From an uncultured archaeon (lineage in GTDB: Archaea > Thermoplasmatota > Penumbrarchaeia > JASLWR01): a stretch of 43,496 bases of DNA. Of this stretch, positions 9,201 to 15,469 are shown one piece after another. The DNA is taken from the NCBI GenBank assembly GCA_964342815.1, contig CAYFHS010000016.1, positions 42,515 through 86,010 on the forward strand, in the 5' to 3' direction. The position numbers were made by a program, and so were the translations under genes. Each line of letters starts with the position of its first letter. Positions within the stretch are counted from its first letter, which is position 1. The notes beneath the pieces are model-generated. The model did not search any database. It was given only the letters and a program-made list of their open reading frames with translations, and had not been told where the DNA came from.

Positions 9201-10128
9201 TCATGCTATCGTTGGTGTGCTTCGTCAGGTCATTTGTTATCCATTCCATTTGTTGGTCTGTGAAACTTTCCACCTTGTTATCGGGATGAGGAATGGAAGG
9301 GATGGGAGACCTTTGCCAATGGCCGCAATTCAGACCAATGAAATGATGTTTCCCATAATTGAAAGTGTAATCCAGCAGGGGATTAATGGTGTTGCTGTAA
9401 ATATTTATACCTTCCGCATTTCGATAACTGTATTCGTGATTGCCGGTGATAACATATACCGGGACTCTGAAACCCTTGCAGATATTGATGAACATATCCG
9501 CCTGATCCTGATCCGGGGTGCCTGAACCGGTAGGGTCCGCATCATAACTGTCCCCGGTTATGAACACCAGTTCAGGATTGATAAGATTAATTTCACGAAC
9601 GGCTGCCTGAAAATTTGCCACTGAATTCTTATCATCTACGTGTATATCAGTTATATGCACGAATTTGAAAGGATTCTTGTATTCTTTGATCACATTGACA
9701 GCATTCTGCTGATACTGTTCCTGGGCGTCTACAATCACACTGATATCATAGAAATCGACAAGGGTATCATTTGCTAATCTCAGGGACAATATCCACCGGT
9801 CGTCTTCCTTTATTAATTTAGAAATCTTCAGAGAATACGTTTCCCCTTCCCCGATGATTGTAATGTTGAAGTAGGAACTGTTCTCGATGCCTTCACCCCT
9901 GATCCACACCTCGAAACTTTCACCGGGAGTTCTAATGGCAGGAAGGGCCAATCTTGGTCTTTCAAGCACCAGTGATGAAGCCCCTCTCGTGGCCTGAAAT
10001 GTTTCCTCATTCAATTCAACCGCATCCACTGGGACAGTGAAGAGCACCATAGGCATTAATAATATTAGAAGGATTAAAAATAACCTCAATTTCGATAATA
10101 TCCTCAAAATCTCACCTGCGTCGAACAA
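6283..10128 (-). CDS. Membrane-anchored extracellular calcineurin-like metallophosphoesterase with Ig-like stalk repeats and a basic cytoplasmic tail
   Basis: All five metallophosphoesterase motifs are present: TDIH, GDSYD, GNHE, MHAP, GHTH. Three roughly 110-aa D-x2-PP...W[DN]...GN-x-D repeats, a Big_5-like PRILDTVPEDSAENVP domain and a C-terminal TM. The true start may be the TTG at 10107, which follows an AGGTGA RBS. Confidence 0.88.
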   Translation of the reverse strand: MFDAGEILRILSKLRLFLILLILLMPMVLFTVPVDAVELNEETFQATRGASSLVLERPRLALPAIRTPGESFEVWIRGEGIENSSYFNITIIGEGETYSLKISKLIKEDDRWILSLRLANDTLVDFYDISVIVDAQEQYQQNAVNVIKEYKNPFKFVHITDIHVDDKNSVANFQAAVREINLINPELVFITGDSYDADPTGSGTPDQDQADMFINICKGFRVPVYVITGNHEYSYRNAEGINIYSNTINPLLDYTFNYGKHHFIGLNCGHWQRSPIPSIPHPDNKVESFTDQQMEWITNDLTKHTNDSMKLIFMHAPLKTNNGRDTPMWHVEDMENLMIENDVKAFIAGHTHRDEIIDVNDNVLEGDWQAPDYPLVIQTASGGSEDTVEECSYRVFKVDNDTFDYYTYDHDGDGVRNSVASTPMGRIKVEISKPNDGTRVSSEFTVTNDQYEDLEDGRVILKMATPPEGMNYCVNDGEVINVVDTLDGQNVHIQVSVSGISQKTFSVFQLDITAPDIIEVYSKSGNNISGVYERGNEVEIIVQEGNLETGLMGSISIRNDEDHPLIENAPLMDSGGGRYTYFWDTTNVPANKSYWLEAFLEDGAGNFDRTPEFDTAHNITIVDTIPPEINRVRSKMNGDDDNTYSIGSVIRIIVEEANDEMGLDGKVFITLSENQSLFNGTFPLDEEGDGNYHFKWDTAGLPYGKYLIETLLIDEWGNRDDGLWPSVDLVIHLIDDFPPVVASVGSLVEVDELVDDDAEYPLGGSVHFLVRESSDEESLSGELIISREDDRTTVAVLPLEGIPGKPGSYGAEWNSYGAEVGVFHVDSKLWDSSGNMDSDGAPEEPDHTFTLVDQDMPRILDTVPEDSAENVPISPKITLRFSEPIISDRLQIAVRIEDLYFNEIPFHVEWFEMNATAILVPDHVLSYHSTYVLILTDKIMDKAGNRIDGEKLIRFTTIPYQPKENVDGRYTMFPPQRKLLLESDDLTKFSIQLMSKEILELPVHYSWYLNGQELHNGPNASQYILNAANLSTENSYELEVRVTGESIEISDYWILQVRNDDDDDGEASQGNTYGSAALKWAYGAGIIVVCLGFFLIIFYLNIRRRRHNKMLEDELRFHISNVNEDKMDNGKQKGRNELNSYEKPLFLEKKAAQKNRLDGLYFLNDERKETRSEGKRKRTLKDRSKGLKRKRTSGKSKRKRKSLTLSGETPFVEILPPVSAWPSSNAGLPYQPRTHIETDIIDIEPLLKQDDEITVVSGENNNDSSENLRDIVEDFIRGIDK

Positions 10129-10131
10129 ATT

Positions 10132-10590
10132 CTAATCAGTATCCTTCACAGCCATTTCCTTACGTTCTTTCTTTGCAATTTCCCATATACTGGATACCGT
10201 TTTGTTATAATTCTTGAGAGAATCTTCAATGTGGAATTCCACAAAATGCCATGCACGCTCAAGGTTCCCTGAACGAAGCTGATATACTTTTTTCTTGTTT
10301 GCGAAACCCTCTATCTCGGTAACCTTGCTTTCAACGAAGTCCATAGACTTCAGTTTGTTCAAGTGATTATAGAGGGTGGGACGAGTTGTATTAAGATAAG
10401 TAATAAGTTCTTCAATTGTCCAGTGCCGGTCGGGCATTAGGATAAAACACTTGAAGAGATTTATGGGGGTTTCGGTATCCTTCTCCCTTTTCAGATAACC
10501 TATCTGTGTCAGGAACATCTTCAGAGCGTCACCCAGTTTTGCTTCTTTTGAAATAGGAGCATTTTCAACTATGTTTATGTTAAATGCCAT
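10132..10590 (-). CDS. Winged helix-turn-helix transcriptional regulator (ArsR/TrmB-like fold), first gene of a three-gene operon
   Basis: WTIEELITYLNTTRPTLYNHLNKLKSMDFVES is a typical wHTH recognition segment, followed by a wing ending VYQL. The gap to the next gene is 3 bp. Confidence 0.8.
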   Translation of the reverse strand: MAFNINIVENAPISKEAKLGDALKMFLTQIGYLKREKDTETPINLFKCFILMPDRHWTIEELITYLNTTRPTLYNHLNKLKSMDFVESKVTEIEGFANKKKVYQLRSGNLERAWHFVEFHIEDSLKNYNKTVSSIWEIAKKERKEMAVKDTD

Positions 10591-10613
10591 GTTAAGCAGA
10601 TATGAAGGACATA

Positions 10614-10632
10614 TTATATAGATATTTTTTTT
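10614..10632 (-). promoter_or_regulatory. Putative BRE/TATA box for a leaderless transcript of the wHTH operon
   Basis: The minus strand reads AAAAAAAATATCTATATAA, with TATATAA 24-30 nt upstream of the ATG at 10590. No RBS precedes that ATG. Confidence 0.5.
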
Positions 10633-10858
10633 GTAATAATGAGCATTCAGAATATTATAATAGTCATATTATCCATTAGAGGAATTGATATTTTCATCGG
10701 AGAGAATGATTAGTTCTATTTGTCGAAACTGGATCAATCGTCTTCTTTACCAGATATTTTCGTACCAAAAGAGGGAAGTTCATAATAACTTGAAATTGAT
10801 CACAATTACAGGATTTTAGGCCATAGAAGTCTGCTAATCGTGGGTAACGTAAATTAAT

Positions 10859-11380
10859 TTAATTAATTCTTATTGTGGCACCGAAGGCAAATGTGATTAT
10901 TATTCCAGCGGTTATCAACATTCCCAATTTTGTTCTCTTGGAAAGAGACTTATCTGTGAAAGCTCCGATAACCAGGCCAAATGTTAAAACTATAAAACCG
11001 CAGCTCATAAACAGGGTTTTTGTTGCTTTCAAATTGCGATCGGAATCCTCATAACTCTCTACATCATCTTTATATGCCTGTTCGCTGGCATCCTGCTCCT
11101 CTTGAGTATCGCCGGCCCACATATACTGATTGTCCTTATCCCTGTAATCCTCAATATCCGGTTCCTCAAGATAACCTACTGTTCCACTCAGGATACCCGA
11201 CAATAGTAAAAGCCCAAAAGCAATGAAAAAGAGAATGATATAGAATTTTCTCTTGGTGGGGGGATATTTGCCATCGATCTTGATCGGTGCGGACTGCTCT
11301 TTCTGCGCCTTCGTCCCCGGGGGTGGGGGGTAGGCAGGCCGTGGGTCATAATGGTCAGGTTGTCGCTCCCTTACGTTCAA
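10859..11380 (-). CDS. Hypothetical membrane protein (about 3 TM helices, acidic loop, Pro-rich N-terminus)
   Basis: 173 aa, TTG start preceded by GGAGATGAT, three hydrophobic stretches. Confidence 0.7.
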   Translation of the reverse strand: MNVRERQPDHYDPRPAYPPPPGTKAQKEQSAPIKIDGKYPPTKRKFYIILFFIAFGLLLLSGILSGTVGYLEEPDIEDYRDKDNQYMWAGDTQEEQDASEQAYKDDVESYEDSDRNLKATKTLFMSCGFIVLTFGLVIGAFTDKSLSKRTKLGMLITAGIIITFAFGATIRIN

Positions 11381-11445
11381 AACATCATCTCCGGTATATT
11401 ATACTGATACCCTTTTGTTATGCACTAATACTATAAAAGGATGTT

Positions 11446-12324
11446 CTATAATATTCCATGGAAATCAACATCTTTTCGAAGCAGCTTTAGTGGGTAAGGA
11501 GAACCTTCCACTGCTATCTCGTCATTCCTGTCGAACGGGACCTCGTTGAAACCATCGTGGGATACTATACCGCCCGCCATATCGGAAATCAGCTTTAGTC
11601 GAGTTGTGAAACCGATTCGGTACTCGATTCGGTGCATAGGCTCCCTAACGATATAAAAGAACTCGGAGTTCTCTTTTTTATTGTATTGGTTCATTAAACT
11701 ATCATACTCTTCTTCTATGAGTATGTTTTTGGACCATCCACTCATACCCTGGAGGGTGGAGCAGATAACTCCCGATGAACGCTGCCACTCATTGCGGGAA
11801 GGAATCGAGCCGTCGGAAAGTACAGAAAGTGCATATTTTGACGGGCGGCCGAATAGATTGTTGCCGAGAGCATATTCGTTGAAGGCCATGTCTATCGGAA
11901 CAGTTATCCCGGTGGCCTTTTTTATTTTAGCTTTCAGACGATGATATTGTGAGAACGATCTTTCGACGAAATCTTCATTGGAAGAGATATTCTCCAAAAT
12001 GGCTTCCATTTTTTGCTGTAGGCTGAACTTTCCGGAAAAACTCTCTGTTGCAAGAGAAAGTCCCATAAAATGACCTACACTCTTTTCTTGACCAGTATGT
12101 ATACCTACGATGAATCCCTTCTTTAGATAATGAGTTAGAGTAAATAATGTGCCGTCACCACCTAGGACGAAAAATATCCCTACTCCCTTCAACAGACGGT
12201 GGTGAAGGTTATTCCTTGCCAATATCTCAAGGCTGTGGTCCGGGTGACCGCGGAAATGCTCCATTATCTTTTCGATGGGAGGGGATTGAAGGAACTCCTC
12301 GTTGCTTATAACGGCAAATCGCAT
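11446..12324 (-). CDS. NAD(+)/NADH kinase family protein, divergent clade
   Basis: GGDGT motif (VLGGDGTLF), NE motif (AFNEYAL) and SSGVICSTLQGMSGW corresponding to the DG-x4-T-x2-GSTAY region. Confidence 0.75.
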   Translation of the reverse strand: MRFAVISNEEFLQSPPIEKIMEHFRGHPDHSLEILARNNLHHRLLKGVGIFFVLGGDGTLFTLTHYLKKGFIVGIHTGQEKSVGHFMGLSLATESFSGKFSLQQKMEAILENISSNEDFVERSFSQYHRLKAKIKKATGITVPIDMAFNEYALGNNLFGRPSKYALSVLSDGSIPSRNEWQRSSGVICSTLQGMSGWSKNILIEEEYDSLMNQYNKKENSEFFYIVREPMHRIEYRIGFTTRLKLISDMAGGIVSHDGFNEVPFDRNDEIAVEGSPYPLKLLRKDVDFHGIL

Positions 12325-12595
12325 TTATACCATTATCCTTCTATGATAAATTGGGGGAACAGCATAATCGTCTTCAATGATATTAAATTTACCCATTATC
12401 GGATTCTCCCAGAGTGGCTTATAGGATAGTTAACACGAAAAATCAGGTTAAACGACCAAAAAATATTCTGGATTTTTACATTTTCTTCAACTTAACATCA
12501 ATGAAGCAAAGGAAATTGATATTTATCTTTAAAAAGGAAAAAGTGAAGAAAATTATATATGTTCTGAAGTCCATATTGGTTTACGGGGGAAATTT

Positions 12596-12874
12596 ATGCC
12601 TACTAAAGATGAGATAGTAACTTCTACAGCTAAGATGCTAAGCAATAGATATAATTCGGACCATAACGTAACAATCCAGACCGTTGTGGAAAAGCACCTA
12701 AAAGAGACTTTTCAATTCAGACGGTATCTCTGTAGGAAGACTGCCAAGAGTTTATGCGATTTCCTTGAAGAAAAAGGTATTTTCTGTCCCTATATGATAA
12801 ATGACGGCCCCATAAAAAGAACTTGGTCCATCGATTTCACTGAATTGAACGAATTTCTAGATAAGAAGATCTGA
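12596..12874 (+). CDS. Small hypothetical protein (possible winged-helix-like fold)
   Basis: 92-aa ORF filling an otherwise empty gap, GGGGA upstream of the ATG, protein-like composition. No family recognised. Confidence 0.5.
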   Translation: MPTKDEIVTSTAKMLSNRYNSDHNVTIQTVVEKHLKETFQFRRYLCRKTAKSLCDFLEEKGIFCPYMINDGPIKRTWSIDFTELNEFLDKKI

Positions 12875-12959
12875 GTTTAATTTCACTCTTTTTGAATATT
12901 TCTGCAGCATTCATTAACGACTTCTACTCCTGTTGAGGGTCGCTTTCTCTTTCAGATAG

Positions 12960-13517
12960 GTGTTTGATATGTTTGACACCAGCGAGATGGACACATCGCA
13001 AGTTCTGGCAACAGCCTCCGATTATTCCATAAAGCACGACATCAATGATATTGTGCTGGCAACAACAAAGGGTAATACTGCGATTGCAGGAGGGGATATC
13101 TTCCGGAAAGGATCGAATATCATTGCTGTTACCCATTCTACGGGATTCGTTAGGGAAAATTACCAGGAGCTCGAGTCTTCAGTAGCGAAGAAGATCGAGG
13201 AAAAGGGGATCAGGATACTCACCTCGGTTATGCCCTTTCATTCCTGGAACGATCATTATCGAAAGAGATCGGGGGCGGTTATGCCTACCACTATCATTGC
13301 AGATACCCTTAGATTGTTCGGACAGGGGACAAAGGTATGCGTCGAGATCGTGATGATGGCCTGTGACGCGGGAATGATACCGCAGGGTAAACCGGTTCTG
13401 GCCATCGCCGGTACGGGAAAAGGTGCTGATACCGTTCTATATGTACTGGGACGCAACTCTCGGAAATTCTTCGATATGAAAATATTGGATGTGGTCGCTA
13501 AACCCAAAAGCTGGTGA
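12960..13517 (+). CDS. Stand-alone pyruvate kinase C-terminal (alpha/beta) domain protein, MTH1675/COG1751-like
   Basis: Characteristic AVTH-x2-GF, LRLFGQGTKVCVEIVMMACDAG and AIAGTGKGADT motifs. The probable start is the ATG at 12969, after an AGGTG RBS. Confidence 0.85.
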   Translation: MFDMFDTSEMDTSQVLATASDYSIKHDINDIVLATTKGNTAIAGGDIFRKGSNIIAVTHSTGFVRENYQELESSVAKKIEEKGIRILTSVMPFHSWNDHYRKRSGAVMPTTIIADTLRLFGQGTKVCVEIVMMACDAGMIPQGKPVLAIAGTGKGADTVLYVLGRNSRKFFDMKILDVVAKPKSW

Positions 13518-13521
13518 AATC

Positions 13522-13728
13522 ATGAACATTTTTAAGTTGTGGTTTAAACAGAAAAAAAAGAGAAAAGTCCTTCCGGATATACCGGACGAGTTCTTGCCAA
13601 AAGTAACGGAAGAGGCTTATTTCGACTATTACTGCCGTAAATGCGGTTACCAGACCAGTGATTTTAAGAAAAGATGTGTAAAGTGCGGCGGTACTTATGT
13701 GAAAACTCATCCTATCGAGGAGAAGTAA
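13522..13728 (+). CDS. Small zinc-ribbon protein (68 aa)
   Basis: CRKC-x10-CVKC. The ATG at 13522 follows a GGTGA that overlaps the upstream stop codon. Confidence 0.7.
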   Translation: MNIFKLWFKQKKKRKVLPDIPDEFLPKVTEEAYFDYYCRKCGYQTSDFKKRCVKCGGTYVKTHPIEEK

Positions 13729-13770
13729 ACATAAGTGAGTGTGCTCAGCCTCGACCTCTAAGAGATCGAG

Positions 13771-13844
13771 TGCCCGAACCGGGATTCGAACCCGAGTACA
13801 AGGCTCCGCAGGCCCTGAGGATATCCATGCTACCCCATTCGGGC
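13771..13844 (-). tRNA. trnR: tRNA-Arg (anticodon GCG), intronless, CCA not encoded
   Basis: Acceptor stem GCCCGAA/TTCGGGC, anticodon arm AGGGC-CTGCGGA-GCCTT, T arm TCGGG-TTCGAAT-CCCGG. A TTATAAAG TATA-like box lies about 30-37 nt upstream. Confidence 0.95.
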
Positions 13845-14036
13845 ATTGATCAAGCGGTGGGTAATCCGACCGGCTTTATAATAATTTTCCTCCGCGGAGA
13901 ATGTGTGTTGAGAATTTGTTTTTTGTATAATGATCTTCAATTCTCGGATCCTTAGGTCATTTGCTAGAATCTCATCATCGAAATTCTTCGATGTATAGTA
14001 AGTGTACCAAAATGAATAAATAAAAGATAAATAAGC

Positions 14037-14059
14037 GTACAAACGAGGTTAAGTATGCT
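14037..14059 (+). promoter_or_regulatory. Conserved 23-bp upstream motif, copy 1 (contains TATA-like TTAAGTA)
   Basis: GTACAAACGAGGTTAAGTATGCT begins 56 nt before the ATG at 14093 and is 21/23 identical to 15436-15458. Confidence 0.7.
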
Positions 14060-14092
14060 GCTCGCCAATGATATCTCCAGGAGGAATTCCAA

Positions 14093-15445
14093 ATGTGGAG
14101 AAAAAAAGAAACGAATAATGGCGATGCCTTAAGGACGGATACGAAAATCGATTTTAAAAAGAAAATTCGACATGATATTTATAATTCGATCATGGGTATT
14201 TTCCTGGTTCTGATGATAGTTATAATATTGCTACCTCCAGCAGAAGCGGGTTGGGGTGGAAATTCGGCTCAAAATCTCAATGTCCCATCCGGCCAAGGGC
14301 AGGGGCAAGGTCAAGGCCAAGGCCAGCAGGGCTACCAAGGCCAACAGGGCTACCAAGGCCAACAGGGCCAGCAGGGCGAACAAGGGGACCAATATTTGCG
14401 GAGGATCCAAGATTATTACCCAGCAAAAGCTCAGGAATTGTTTTATGGAATATATCCAAACGAAACCGTTATCAGCACAATAATCGACGTGACCTATTCC
14501 AAGGCGGAAATGGAATACCTGTACATTCTTGATTATTCCGCAGCCTTTGTCTTCAATAATACAAAGAACATCACCGTATATATCCCTCTACCTGCCGGTT
14601 CCATCGAAGATCTGGTTATTCTGGTCAATAATAAACCCATTGGACATCCAACCATTAAGTCCAATCAGGTTATTGTGCCTCTTTATGCCGTTGAAGCACC
14701 ACACACTCTGAATGTGGCATATGTTGCGCAGGGGACGGACTTCTACGCACATTATATTCCCAAGAACGTTTTCCTTGATAGATTCTACGTAGAGATCGAA
14801 TTGAAGAACGTAAGATATGATAAAAGGATCCCGGAAAACTGTCTAACCCCGGACGAATTCATATCTTCAAATCCAAGTTCGTATTTCAAATGGGACAAGA
14901 AAAATGCTATATTAAAAGAAGATATAACGCTTGAAATATCAACACCGGAAGTGGATCAAGTAAAGGAAGAAGAAAAGGAAGAACTCCCTTGGAACAAGAT
15001 TTCCATGATTGGGTCCACTCTTTTAGTCTTGTGTTTAATTATTGCCTTGTTCTATTTCCATGTCTTTAACCATACTTCTGGAAGATGGAAATTGAATATT
15101 TCATATCTATTCATGCCTTTTGTAATCATGTACGTTCTGCTTGGTATATTGGTCCAACAAGTAGATGTTTTGATTGCAGGGCTAAGCTCAATAGTATTAT
15201 GTGTAGGAATAATGTTATTGATTAATACTCGATTGTTAAGAATTATGAACAGAAAATGGTGTATCTTTCTAGTACCCTCGCTCTCGCTGATATGTGCCTC
15301 AGGATTAGTGTTCTTTTTTAATAATGAGGGTTTTTTATATGCAGCGATTCCCTTGATAGCTGCAACGTTGTTATATCTGCATTTTTTGACAGCTAAAAAG
15401 AACCATGTCATAATTCGTAAGATTGTTAAAAAACTGTACAAATGA
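14093..15445 (+). CDS. Integral membrane protein with CreD-like architecture (N-terminal TM, extracellular domain, about 5-6 C-terminal TMs) and a Gly/Gln repeat
   Basis: 450 aa with a GGAGGA RBS. The hydrophobicity pattern matches the CreD layout. The family assignment is by resemblance only. Confidence 0.65.
   Translation: MWRKKETNNGDALRTDTKIDFKKKIRHDIYNSIMGIFLVLMIVIILLPPAEAGWGGNSAQNLNVPSGQGQGQGQGQGQQGYQGQQGYQGQQGQQGEQGDQYLRRIQDYYPAKAQELFYGIYPNETVISTIIDVTYSKAEMEYLYILDYSAAFVFNNTKNITVYIPLPAGSIEDLVILVNNKPIGHPTIKSNQVIVPLYAVEAPHTLNVAYVAQGTDFYAHYIPKNVFLDRFYVEIELKNVRYDKRIPENCLTPDEFISSNPSSYFKWDKKNAILKEDITLEISTPEVDQVKEEEKEELPWNKISMIGSTLLVLCLIIALFYFHVFNHTSGRWKLNISYLFMPFVIMYVLLGILVQQVDVLIAGLSSIVLCVGIMLLINTRLLRIMNRKWCIFLVPSLSLICASGLVFFFNNEGFLYAAIPLIAATLLYLHFLTAKKNHVIIRKIVKKLYK
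14291..14392 (+). repeat. (GQ)5 followed by eight Gly-X-Gln triplets
   Basis: GQGQGQGQGQ then GQQ GYQ GQQ GYQ GQQ GQQ GEQ GDQ. The 18-bp unit CAGGGCTACCAAGGCCAA is duplicated exactly. Confidence 0.9.
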
Positions 15446-15458
15446 GTTTAAGTATGCT
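15436..15458 (+). promoter_or_regulatory. Conserved 23-bp upstream motif, copy 2, overlapping the stop codon of the CreD-like gene
   Basis: GTACAAATGAGTTTAAGTATGCT begins 55 nt before the probable ATG at 15491. Confidence 0.7.
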
Positions 15459-15469
15459 TATGTACATTA

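Noticed and set aside
10591-13844. Genomic island integrated at tRNA-Arg
   Set aside because: The block 3' of the tRNA is AT-rich, but I saw no integrase and no duplicated tRNA 3' end (att site) in the window.
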